From assembly GCF_001194135.2 (NCBI RefSeq), contig NC_068983.1, positions 141,635,224 to 141,699,223 on the forward strand: 64,000 bases of DNA, given 5' to 3'. Below the pieces are notes generated by a model. That model saw only the letters and a program-made list of their open reading frames with translations, searched no databases and was not told the DNA's origin. The translations under genes and the position numbers were made by a program. Shown here piece after piece: positions 37,677 to 49,530 of the stretch (positions within the stretch are counted from its first letter, which is position 1; every line of letters starts with the position of its first letter). This DNA is from Octopus bimaculoides. Its lineage: Eukaryota.

Positions 37677-38791
37677 GTAATATAAATTTCTTATTTCTAG
37701 AAACTTTTGTATCATTTGAACCCCGTGATTAATAAGTTTTATTCATTTATTTACATCTTGCTGAGTTTAGTGGAAGGGACAGTTCTCATGGTCTTTGCAG
37801 GTCTTTCTAGATTGGTGAGATTGATGTCATTAACCCTTTCATTACCATATTTATGACCAAATACAGTACCTTTATTTCAATTAATTTTGAAAATAATGAA
37901 GTATTGAGTAATCTGTTGAGGAGCTTAAATTAACATGAAATTTAGATAGATTTTAATTTAGTTTACTTTAAAACAGAAAGTTTGTGTTATAGACCAAGGT
38001 GGTTTCAGGTGTGTTGGCATTTAAAGGGTCAATGTCTGTCTTGAACCTTTATAAGTCAACACTTGCAGGAGCAAAGAGTGAATTCCAGAGGGCTGACCTT
38101 CCTGGAAGGAATTGACTGAGTGTAGTGGTAAGTACAGAGCCTGGATGATAGGAAGAGAAGCATGGGAGATGGGGATGTTTGAATGGAGGAGGCACAAGCT
38201 CAACCTGGAGTTATTATAGTATCAGTAGAAAAGGCAAAGAGAGAAGAAACGGCACACCATGAAACTTTATTAGATGGGATCTAACTTCTGCAAGTTAGTC
38301 AATTAAGCCATGGTGAGGATTTCGCGAAAGGTATAACCTTCATTTTCCATCATTCCCAATCATCAACCACCCACAAGTTTTCTTACAATTTCTTGATTAC
38401 TGTTACTCAGCCACCCTCATTGTGATCTTCCTGTATTTCTTACTGGAGGAATATTTATTGATGCATAACAATACTGGGGTTCAGTGTTATGTTAGATGGG
38501 TGAGCCACTTGATTTTTATGCCTTTTTTAACAATTAGCTGAAGTGAACAAGCATTGAGAAAGCTCAGTTTAGAAGAATTATTTACTTTATAATGAATATA
38601 AGGAGTATATGAACATATGTTGCACTCATTATAGTGTGTGTATACATACATGATATACACACATATGCACACACACACACACATACATATGTATGTAATA
38701 TAATTTTTTTTTTTTTTTTGTATAAACAGGACTACATTGTCCAGTATGTCTTTTCCTAATTAAAACAGTAAAATGAGATTTGAGGAAAATC

Positions 38792-38898
38792 TGGTTGTTC
38801 TTTCTAGTAGGATGACCAATTGGACAAGGACCCTCTCCCATTGTTGCTATTGTTTAGCATTGTTTTGTATTAACCACAAGAAATTTTATAAAAGTTAA
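38792..38898 (+). repeat. 107-bp direct repeat, copy 2
   Basis: Near-identical to 37255-37361. Confidence 0.9.
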
Positions 38899-39598
38899 AT
38901 TATAATTACTATATGTATGCTATATTTCCTGATGTTATCCATGGTGGCAAAAATATACTTCCTAGGTTGTGCCATCAGTTGATAGATGACACTCTGTGAA
39001 GATTATAATTCATAAGACTTAAGTTCATCTTTTGAGATGAATGTTTTTATTTTTAATTTGGTATTTACTTCTATATTACATTTCAATTGGTTTGATTTCA
39101 GCCCATCATCAAGTGTATTATTCCTAGAGCAAGTGACTTCAAAATTTGAGATTTTAATGAATAAAAAAAATTTAAGGAAATTAGCCATCTTAGAAATTGA
39201 ACAATTTGTTTTAAGTCAATGCATGGCACTACTTGTTGGAAATAGCAACCAAATTCCAATGAAATCCTACCTTAGCATCTTCAACTAAAAGGACAAAGTA
39301 TAATCCTAGATTAGCTATGCCTGAAAAATAAAATGTGACAGCCATGTTTGGAACACCTCAGTCATAGCTTTGTCTGATCAGCAATCCATCAACTCAAAAG
39401 TCCAACATTTTTAACAGTTGGTTACTTTTTTTCACTCTAAAGCATACCCTTTCTATCAACTAATTAGAGACCTTTTCAATAACTTCAACTGGAGATTCTT
39501 GCACAAATTCTTGAGCAACATGTGATGTAATTCCCATTCCTATCCCCACCCCAACCGTGATTATCATTAGTAAAACTAGAAATTTATTTCTCTTCTAG

Positions 39599-39718
39599 AT
39601 CTTTCTGAATGACAACTACTTTGCACTGTTTCCTTATCGGTGCAGCATAGATTCTATGAAGTATCTCTACATCCATGGTTGTATTAGCATTGCTTCTATC
39701 AATTACTTGAGACCGCTT
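39599..39718 (+). CDS. Galectin CRD2 exon c
   Basis: IFLNDNYFALFPYRCSIDSMKYLYIHGCISIASINYLRPL; TCTTCTAG| and CTT|GTAAGT; 120 nt. Confidence 0.92.
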
Positions 39719-40761
39719 GTAAGTATTTTACTTTATTTTTATTTTTTATTACCATAAAAACCCATGTAATTTATGCACTTTAGGGGTTGTGTAAATTGCA
39801 TGAGTAGATCATTTCCAGAAGTTTATTGAAATTTTTTTTGGTTGAAAAAAACGACATACAAAATGAACATTCATACTGGAAGTTGACTCAGTTAATGTCA
39901 GAATAGGGTTTTATAGAAAAAATAATAGCTTAAATACACATAATAAAGTTGACTTTATTTATGCTGGACGGTATAATGCTTACTTTTTCTGTATAAATTT
40001 ACTAAAGCCATTAAATGGTTAACTAGCTTTTGAAGTCTGGCATTCATGCTGGCAAACAGGGTCTGGGCCATATTTTACATAGCTTGGAGTTTCTACCTAT
40101 CGCAAGTGGCTTCTAGCAGCAGAAGCCTAAACTATGACAGGCTTGTCCAACAGAGAACATTTCTGGTTACTTTTGGGTACCACCTCATATATATATATAT
40201 ATATATATATATGAGAAATTAAAGACAGAAAATGCATACACTTTACATAGTTTTAATATAATTTTGGAACTATGATACTACTGTTTTGTTTAACCCCAGG
40301 AAAATATCTTCTCCAGTTGGTTAATGACACAACAACCTGTGTCCAATATAATGTGAGCAGGGAAGCAAACCCCTACCATCTAGCAGTTTGACAGGATCAA
40401 TAGACCAATGTTTTCAGGGTATTTATCTTGCTCAGCACAGTACTGAGGAAGGGAAACAACTGCCATGTCTAGCAGACATGACAGTCATTCATCATAGCTT
40501 GTAATAATAGAGAAAAATAAGCGACATTCAGCTGCTGATATTTTGCAGCAAGTAAAGAAGCTAGTTCTAAAATCTCTCTCTCACTATATATATATTTATT
40601 GTATTTTGTCTGGGAGAATTTTAAATAATCAAACTTTAATAAAAACAGACCTTTACTTGCCATATTGGATTCCATCATCGCATTAATAGGTTATTGTTAA
40701 AGTTGTTGATTTAAGCAATTTTGTGAAAACTAAAGACTATATTTTTTTTTTGTTTCTGCAG

Positions 40762-40847
40762 CCAATGGACTTCACAAAAGAAATTCCATCTGGATTGCAA
40801 TACAAAGATATCATTAAGGTGACTGGATTTTTCACAACTGGAGATAG
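40762..40847 (+). CDS. Galectin CRD3 exon a
   Basis: PMDFTKEIPSGLQYKDIIKVTGFFTTGD-R; TTTCTGCAG| and TAG|GTAAAA; 86 nt. Confidence 0.92.
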
Positions 40848-40989
40848 GTAAAAACTATTTTTGCATTCTTTTTCAACAGATACAGTTAATATTAGGGAAT
40901 ATAATTGAGACATACTACTAATTTATACATTGTGTTTACATATATTTGCCATGTCTTTCAACATTGTTTGTAAACATAGTTAACCATCA

Positions 40990-41150
40990 TTTTTCACCTG
41001 GTGCACCATTCTTTTGAATGCACTACACCATCTTTTCAAAAGTTGTGCATCATCCTTTCAAATGTAGTGCATTGTTCTTTTGAATGCAGTGCATTCTGAT
41101 TTTGAATGTGGAACACCCTCCTTTTGAATATGGTGTGCCATAAGTTAAAC
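40990..41150. repeat. Degenerate minisatellite, unit about 20-22 bp (GTGCA.CATTCTTTTGAAT-like)
   Basis: Repeated TTTTGAAT/GTGCA motifs in tandem. Confidence 0.6.
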
Positions 41151-41633
41151 ATGAAATATATTTTATATAAAACAGATATTCAGAATACCCCTTTTTATCA
41201 TTTTGACACCTTTTGGCATGTTATTACTATATAGAAAAACATATGTATCTGAGAATACCATCCCACTGAAAACTTCCCTTTCTTTCCATGCTTTCTCTTA
41301 GATTACTAAACTTCAGCAGTTGAAAGTAAACCCCAGTCATTGAAATCACATTCAATTATTCTTGCCCTTGAATCCAGGAACTGTAAAGAGCCAAAGCGAC
41401 AGATCTTTTTCTTCAGAACTAGTCAATAAAAAAAAAAATCTTTCATCCTGTCCAACTCTTTCAACCTATGCCAGCTTAGAGAGCAGACATAAAATGAGAA
41501 ATAGATATATATGAGCAAGGGTGGGAATAGTTAATAATCCATGGTTAATTTCTGGTTGCAATAAGTTCACCAATGATATGAGAAAGTCATGTATCGACCA
41601 TACTTATAATGAAACCATACAATTACCGGCACA

Positions 41634-41975
41634 GTGGAGGTGCAATGGCCCAGTGGTTAGGGCAACAGACTAGTGGTTGTAGGATTGTGGTTTTGATTCC
41701 CAGACTAGGTGTTGTGAGTGTTTACTGAGCGAAAACACCAGCAGGGGGTGTTGGCAACCCCTGCTGTACTCTTTCACCACAACTTTCTCTCACTTTTTCT
41801 TCCTTATCCTATTGTACCTGTATTTCAAAGGGCCAACCTTGTCACACTCTGTGTCACACTGAATCTCCCCCCGAGATCTACATTAAGAGTACACGTGCCT
41901 GTGGAATGCTCAGCCACTCATTTCATGAGCATCTGGAACCCTCATCATCGTAACCAACAGAGTGCCATAATGACT
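41634..41975 (+). mobile_element. SINE family D, diverged
   Basis: GTGGAGGTGCAATGGCCCAGTGGTTAGGGC...GTTTTGATTCCCAGAC... Confidence 0.8.
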
Positions 41976-42280
41976 GGCACAACTTTGTAGCTTTCCCTCT
42001 ACAAGTATGTTAAAACAGACACTGACTATGAATCTACTGTCTTGAATTCCTCAACTCTTTACCATGCTGCCTTCTAGAATTTCTTTTCTTATCCCCGCTG
42101 TGATCATAGATACAAAACTACTCAAATTTAACTTTACCAAATTATACAGATGTTCTAATCAAGTAAAGAAGTGTTAATAAGGACTATGAACATTGTCTAT
42201 CTCTCAGTATAATAAAGCATAAACTTGTTATCAAATGGATAAAGAACATCTTTTTTTTTTTTTTCCAACACATTTTATAG

Positions 42281-42473
42281 GTTTGCGGTTAATCTGAAAC
42301 ATGGTAATGAAATTCCTCTCCATCTCAATCCAAGACGAGATGAGGGTGAAATGGTTTTGAACTCTTATACCGATGAGGAGTGGGGCGAAGAAGAACGACA
42401 TCCATTGCCTGTTGGTTTATTGGAGGGTATTCCTTTTGAAATGAAGATTAGAGTGAAAGAAGACAAACTAAAG
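42281..42473 (+). CDS. Galectin CRD3 exon b (sugar-binding exon)
   Basis: FAVNLKHGNEIPLHLNPRRDEGEMVLNSYTDEEWGEEERHPLPVGLLEGIPFEMKIRVKEDKLK; TTTTATAG| and AAG|GTAAGG; 193 nt. Confidence 0.95.
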
Positions 42474-42941
42474 GTAAGGCTTTGATGTCAGGGTGATTAA
42501 AAAGCAAAGCAGAGAAACTTCCAAACTTTGAGAAAATATTAAAATAAATAGATATTCTTTTTTTCTCTTAATTAACGCAAGGGGACAAGCAGTCAAGCTA
42601 GCTGTGCGAAGGAACAGGCAGCCAAGCTAGCTGTGCAAGAGGACAGGCAGGAAAATTAGTAGTGCAACTAAGCTAACAGCATGAAAAGACAATCTTTCTA
42701 ATACAAATGCCTAAGAGACAAATTTACTGAGTTTAAAGAAAAAAATTTTCTGTATCTTAAAAATGTCAGTCACTAAATTGATGACTGCAACGTCGAAAGT
42801 GTAATCTAAAAATTTTCAGTGTAATAAAAATTGCAATAACTTTATGCATTTATCTAGGAAATAGATATTCTTGTATTGAACAAAATACTTTCTGTCATAA
42901 AATTCATAGATAATTCTTAACTCCCTGTCTCTCTTTTGTAG

Positions 42942-43061
42942 GTTTATATAAATGAAAAGTCATTTGCATCATTCCATGCTCGAAAACCAGTTGAAAGTAT
43001 CAACAATATTTCTTATAATGGAGAAGTATATATCTATAATATGCAACTTCTTCGTCGTGTG
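42942..43061 (+). CDS. Galectin CRD3 exon c
   Basis: VYINEKSFASFHARKPVESINNISYNGEVYIYNMQLLRRV; CTTTTGTAG| and GTG|GTAAGA; 120 nt. Confidence 0.93.
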
Positions 43062-44846
43062 GTAAGACCTTTCAGCTAATATTTATTTACTTTCTTTCTC
43101 TCGCTTTTTTGATATGTAAATTATGATGTACACCAGCAGTGAGATTAAAATTTGAAACTAGAGAGTGAAAGCTGTCATTTAAATCTTTCGTGTTGACATT
43201 TCTAATGAAATTCAGTGTCTTTTTCACTCAATGCTGAAATTGCCTAGAATTTGGAGAGATTTAGTAAAATAACTAAATTTTCTATTGCTAAGCTGGTGTT
43301 CGAAATTTAATGATTTTATAAAAATGGATGGTGGAAGTTTTTATTATTTTCTTCAAAAGAATACTAATACATTATTTTGAATGATAGAATAAGTGGCAGT
43401 CTTGAGCTTGCTGGCATCAAAAGGATTAAAAAGCTTAAGGAAATAGTCATGATTTCCTGGCAAATGATTTGAAATTGGTACTGTAACATGCTTGGAACCA
43501 TTGCTTCATGATATAGTTTCTCCCCAGAAATAACATACTTTGGGAGTGAATTCTCTTCTTCACAATAAATGAAATCAAGCAATAAATAAGTGTCAAAATA
43601 TTGCCTAATCTTCCAGCCTTGATGTTTCATTGTTTGAACTCCTTGGATTTTAGGCATGATTGATACTACATCATCACCTTCATTCACTGAGTCATAAGGA
43701 TCAGTTACTGATTGGTTGTATAAGGCAACCTTTTCAATGTCCAGAGTGTTGTCAGCAATTAATCTCCTTTGTTACATTCAGAAAATCTATTAATTTGACT
43801 GAACTGCAGTCTGAAACATAAACATTTCCACAACATTGATGGTCTCAAAATGTCAAATAAATTGTGTAAATGCTGGAGTTCAAGTGAGTTAACATTTATT
43901 CTTGTAATTCCTTTAACTCAAAAATCAAAATAAATAATTTTAAATATATATATATATATGATTTCTCCTTTCTGTTCCAGTTATGTTTGGGTTTTCTTTT
44001 TACTGAGAATGGGAAGTGTTTGCAATACCCTTAGTTAGTCTTTGTAGTTTCCTAGAATGTTGCAGAGCCTTAGATGAGAATTTCAGATATAACTAGAAAT
44101 ACAGATCTATGGATTGTGTCTAGCCATTTGTCCATCTACTTGTGCAATATAAGACAACTCAGTTACGATTAACTTGAAGATAGACCTCGATAATTGGCTA
44201 TTTTCTAGTTATACTGTTTGGAAATACAAAAGAAAATTAATTTCCTCTTTAATTTGATGATATTAGTTATCCTTGCCTTGGGCCCTCATCTTGTTGTGGA
44301 GTCATACAGGCACACCATTAAGACATAAAGTGCATCTTTGACATTTTTAGTCTTGGTGAAGCCTATTCTTCTCCAGATGTGGCCACTGTGATTTCTCCTA
44401 GAAAGGCAGACAGACAGAAAGAGAAAAAAATATCAATCCAGTACACTGCTGGTACTATAATTATCAAGCCCCAAAAGATGAAAGGAAAAGTTAACTTTGG
44501 TGAGATTTGAACTTGAAGAGCAGAGAGCCAGAACAGTGCCATAAGGCTATCTGATGCTTTAATAACTCTGTCAATTCACCTCAAAAGTTCTTAATGTAAT
44601 ATCTGTGAAACCTTAACTTTCAATCTAATTTAATAATATTCTGTCCAAGAATATGATAGATACTTTCTTGTCAAAAGGCAACAACAAAAAAAGATATAAA
44701 TCAACATTTATGATGATTCGTGAAAGCACTCCAGTGATAAAACAATCACTCTTTGTCAAACTACTGCAAGGTTTTCACACTTTTCTCCTCCTTTAGTTTT
44801 AGATATGTATAATTTTATTTTTATTAATTTTTACTTTTTATTAAAG

Positions 44847-44935
44847 GATGTCCCTCATGTTGAGAGGTTGCCTGGCACATTGGCTGTGGATCGCTGGATC
44901 AAAATTGGTGGTTCTGTGAGGAAACATGCTGAAAG
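44847..44935 (+). CDS. Galectin CRD4 exon a
   Basis: DVPHVERLPGTLAVDRWIKIGGSVRKHAE-R; TTTTTATTAAAG| and AAG|GTATAG; 89 nt. Confidence 0.9.
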
Positions 44936-45740
44936 GTATAGTTCTGAAACAACACAAAATGTTATCCACTAATATCAGTTTCTTTTGTTTAGGAACAGTC
45001 AGTTCTTTTAGAGTAGTATTTCCCAGCATGTGAGTCATTATCCAATTTTGGTCAGAATATAATTCTGAAAGAGCCACAAATACAAAATCTTTTAGTTTTC
45101 ATATATTTGACAAACTGTAAATTCTTCATGAATATATTATATGACAAACTGTTAGACATGAGAACCACAACACTTAAAGTTAACAAAATAAAAATCAGGA
45201 AAAGTAGAAATATTGTGACCTAACAAACAATGGTCATAGAAGGTTTACAAATATGGATCAGTGTGATTAAAAGTGAAGAACTATTATTCTAAGGGCTGTG
45301 TGTGTGTGTGTGTGTGTGTCCATTTGTAGTGTATAACAGTGGTGTTTATTAAATCTAGAGACAGAAATGATTTGAACACCAAATAATATCAAAATGAGTT
45401 TATATTTCAAAATGTTTATCTAGTGCTTAATCATTTCTGCAAAATCAGGACACTCATGTGATTTTGGGAAAACCAAATAAACATTATGTTAACAGTTCAA
45501 TTATCAACATTTGTAGAAGAATCACCAAGTTTTAGATTTCAATTATAATACGTATGCATAAACATGCAAGCACACATATAAGAACATATGCAAACAAACA
45601 CACACACACACACATAGATTAGCATAGAAAAAGCAGATTCAAAAGTAATAACAATGATTATGAAAATGATGATGATTGTAATAATATTAGAAAATTACTA
45701 TTTTTAAATCTCACAACAAGAGATATTCAGCAACAGTACT

Positions 45741-45985
45741 TTGGAGTAAAGACTGCCAACATAACATGGCAGTCCTGGTTTAGGACAAATGTTGCTGTAA
45801 TTTAGCCCTAGGAGATATCATCTCTATCTGGTTATACTATATGATCTGTGTCCTTGTTTGAAAATATAAGGATACAGATCGTGTCGTATAGCCAACTGGA
45901 GATGATGTCTCCTGGGGCTAAATTACAGCAACATTTGTCCTAAACCAGGACTACCATGTTATGTTGGCAAAAATCTTTACTCCAA
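45741..45985. repeat. 245-bp foldback (MITE-like) inverted repeat
   Basis: Arms TTGGAGTAAAGA...GTGTCCTT and AAGGATAC...CTTTACTCCAA pair over about 115 bp around a loop of about 12 nt. Confidence 0.88.
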
Positions 45986-46032
45986 TTGTAATAATATTGA
46001 GAAAATATCTAAAGTGAAATTTGTTTTTTCAG

Positions 46033-46225
46033 ATTTGCTATTAACTTGAAGTGTGATGATGATATTCTCCTGCATCTTAATCCTCGTCTAAATGAAGAAC
46101 AAGTAGTATTAAATCACTACTGTGGTGGTGAATGGGGTGAGGAAGAAAGAACTTCAGACTATTTCCCTTTTATGGGTTCTGAGCCATTCGAGCTTCTTAT
46201 AGCTTGCCAAGAAGAATCTTTCAAG
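46033..46225 (+). CDS. Galectin CRD4 exon b (sugar-binding exon)
   Basis: FAINLKCDDDILLHLNPRLNEEQVVLNHYCGGEWGEEERTSDYFPFMGSEPFELLIACQEESFK; TTTTTTCAG| and AAG|GTAATA; 193 nt. Confidence 0.95.
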
Positions 46226-46999
46226 GTAATATTCTTTATTTCACCTTTTTTTTTATTCATGTCCTTTATTAAATTTTCAACAAGGATTGTCCTTTGAATT
46301 ACAATCCATCTGACAGGCATTTATGCAGTTTTCCCTCTGCCTAATTTTATTCACAAGGTATATGTTGACTTGAAGCTATACAAAAATAACACTTGCTCAA
46401 GATATCATGCTGCGGGATCAACCCTGGACCTTGTGAGTTTGAAGTAAACTTGGCTATTCTATGTGTACAAACACTTCATATAGTAAATTACCAATCTAAT
46501 GAGCTAGTTGTTCCAACTATATGCCCTACTCAGTAGACAAAGGCAGTGAATGTAAGCACCACATAGTTCTAGATTGAATCTCACCATACAGCACTGTAGG
46601 AAAGTGTCTTCTATCAATGGTCTCAAGCTAACCAATATTTTTATGTAGAATTTGGTTGATGGAAACTCTGCAGAAGCTCATTGTAGATATGTTGTAAATG
46701 TATGTATGGTATGTATCTATATGTGCATGTTTATATATTATTCACCATTATATATCATTGGTGGATGAAAATATAGGTAAGAAAACTAAAATAATGATCA
46801 ATAAACAAAATTCCTTGAGTTGTTTGTTCTGCATCAAATATGGAATCTAAACCAATGATGATGTTGCTCACTAATTGTGATATAAAATGGATTCCTTTTC
46901 TTCTGTTATTGCTAATAAAAAGAAAACAATTTCTAAAGCTTGGCAGTCTCATTGTTTTCTTTTTAATAGATTTTTATCTGTTTTTCTTTCTGTTTTCAG

Positions 47000-47113
47000 A
47001 TTTATGTGAATGGAAACTACTTGACTGATTTTGCTCACCGAATGCCTTTTGAGTGTGCCAAGACTTTGGAACTTTCTGAAGATGCTCACTTCTTCCATCC
47101 AGAAATTTATTAA
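47000..47113 (+). CDS. Galectin CRD4 exon c (terminal coding exon)
   Basis: IYVNGNYLTDFAHRMPFECAKTLELSEDAHFFHPEIY-stop (TAA 47111-47113); TGTTTTCAG| acceptor. Confidence 0.93.
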   Translation: MYVNGNYLTDFAHRMPFECAKTLELSEDAHFFHPEIY

Positions 47114-47314
47114 ACCTTTTTGGCTTCATAAACTTTTTAGTTTTAGTTTCATACTAAATGCATGTTCAATTTTTTAACATAAAAATGTGAAACTGGCAAA
47201 ATATGCTTTTGAAATTACAAATTGCCTGAAATGTTAGCTTTAATGATTCGATTTATATTCTATTAAAAAGGATGAAACGGTTGTAATTTGTTATTGACTA
47301 CATAATGCAAAAAA

Positions 47315-47358
47315 AATAAAAAGGGGGGTGCTAAATTCAATAAAGCTTTTTCAATAAA
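47315..47358 (+). terminator. Cluster of polyadenylation signals for the galectin gene
   Basis: AATAAA at 47315, 47339 and 47353, followed by GT/T-rich sequence, about 200-245 nt after the stop codon. Confidence 0.65.
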
Positions 47359-48766
47359 TGTTTTGTATTGTTAAATGTATGTGCATATATCTGTACATAA
47401 ATTCATATATTATTGATATCACCTAGAAAGAGGGTTGAAGTTAGGCCAGAAGAAATTGATGCCATCAAACAGTATCCAACAATCATCAGGTATTTCAACA
47501 CTGAACAACACCCTCCTGTTGGTGGGTCAGCAAAGGTGGCCAAATCACTGCTTATCTCCTCTTGGTTTCCATCTTAACTTATTTCCCTTCCTCCATAACC
47601 AGCAAGAGACTAATTCTACTGCCCCTCCCATTGTGTGTACAGCCACCCTTCACATTTTTCCTCTCATTCCAATGGTTGTAAGCATCCTTCATGCCAACTG
47701 GGTAGTGAATCCCTTACAGCCAACCTTAACTGGGAAAAGCCATGACTGCCTTCTCTTTTTCCCTGAAATTTTGTAGAAAGCTCTTGTACTTGGTGCATTT
47801 ACATTCTTATGCCTGATCTCACCCTTCTTCCTGGTTCCATACTTCAACCTAGATCATGGCCCTCTTCTTATTGATATCCATCTTCCATTGTAAGAAATGG
47901 AAGAGCCAAAACCCTGCTATCTTCTGCCTGTAATTCCAGTGATGTCACATAGAAGAAGTAAGTTTTCAACCTGCACAACGACTGTGTTGCTGACCACCCA
48001 CTTTCACCCAGACCTTGTGTTACCTGCATATCTGACATGCTTATCCTAGGAGTCCCAGTGCACCATTATAACTATATTTTGTGATCTTGAATTCCTCTAT
48101 CACAGGTGACAGAGTAAGTTAGATTTCCAGATCTTTGGCAGAAGCCTATTGAAGTGAAGCTTAGAGGGACACTTAGCCATCTAGTTGTTTACTTTGCTCT
48201 CCACTTTTTCTATTCTTGTCATTGGAATATCATACCATGTTAGGAGAGCCATATCTGGAAGCCCTGATCCTTCAATTCTCCTCAGCTGCTTGCAGTCCTG
48301 GTGACGTTGCTGTCAGGGGGTGAATTGTCAGATCACTCACCAAGGCATTTGAGTGGATTTTTCTCTATTAATGGAATAACCTCTCCTAGCACTTGTAACT
48401 TGATTTTGTTTATTTGCCTCTCCTGATCACCATACACCTAGATTTCTTGCACACATTTGCCATTTGTTTAAATGAAGCTGGCACTCATTCTGCCTACACA
48501 TACATTGTGGTTGTCACTGTAAGGTCATCAATGAAACTCATTAAATGTTGTTGGCTGCCTGATTCTATTTCTGGCATTTCAGCTCCTTTATCAGTAACTG
48601 TTATAAGGAGATTCATTCCTGTGATTTAAAGGATGGGGTAAATTGTGCAACCAGTTAGAATTCCTTTTTCCAGGTCCTGCCACTGAGCTGTAAAGCAAGC
48701 TGCTTTGAAATATAACTGGATAGCTCCAAAGTAGCTGGTGATCATTCCCTGGATGTGCAATTATAT

Positions 48767-49125
48767 TGTAGTAACGCCGTGCGCATGCGTAGTCTCACGC
48801 ATGCGTGGAATTCAACAACCAAGCTTTCCTGCTTCATTTTGTCTCTTTGTTGCTGGCCAGCGATTGAGCAAGGACGTGTTTAGCTGTCTCTCTCTATCTT
48901 GCAAACTTACGCTAGACAGCTCGCTCACATCTACATACCAACGTCCCAACAACCATGCTCACACACACAGAAGACGTCTCAACAAACGAGAGCTAAAGAT
49001 GTATATTTTCCACCATGAATAAATGTTGTTGAGTTGATAGTCTGGAGTTCAGCGTTCCGTTAATTCTTAATTTTATATAGGAAAGTCAGGTGTACATCTA
49101 AAGATGTATAACCCACTTCTCTATA
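48767..49125 (+). mobile_element. Solo LTR candidate, 359 bp
   Basis: Starts TGTAG, ends CTATA (probably decayed CTACA), 4-bp ATAT on both flanks, internal AATAAA near 49018. Confidence 0.5.
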
Positions 49126-49148
49126 ATATCGTAGTTTCAAGAACTGCA

Positions 49149-49530
49149 TACGTTGGAGTACCCAAAAGTAACCGGAAATATTCTCTGTGGGGCATTCTCT
49201 GTAATTCACTCTTCCACCGTTAGAAGTCACTTGATGTGACCCTCGGGCATCGGTCTGCCGACCGAGGTCGTTTTTGAAGACCTACTGCCATATGGTGCGT
49301 CTTTGTTTTGCAGTGCGTCGATTGTTCGTCAATTTTTTTTTATGACTTTTGTCCAAGTTTTGTGATGGCAGAAATGAAGGAACAGCAGGCTTCCATGAAA
49401 TTCTGTTTTCTGCTGAGGAAAATAGCAACCGAAACAGTTGTCATGCTTCAAACAGCTTACGAGGATGCTGCCATGAGTAAAACACAAGTTTATGAGTGGT
49501 TTTCATGCTCTAGGAATGGTCACTTGCTTT
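49149..49530 (+). mobile_element. Mariner (Tc1/mariner) 5' end with truncated transposase
   Basis: TA + TIR-like CGTTGGAGTACCCAAAAGTAACCGGAA; ATG 49365 reads MAEMKEQQASMKFCFLLRKIATETVVMLQTAYEDAAMSKTQVYEWFSCSRNGH, the mariner N-terminal HTH pattern; no DDD catalytic domain follows. Confidence 0.85.
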
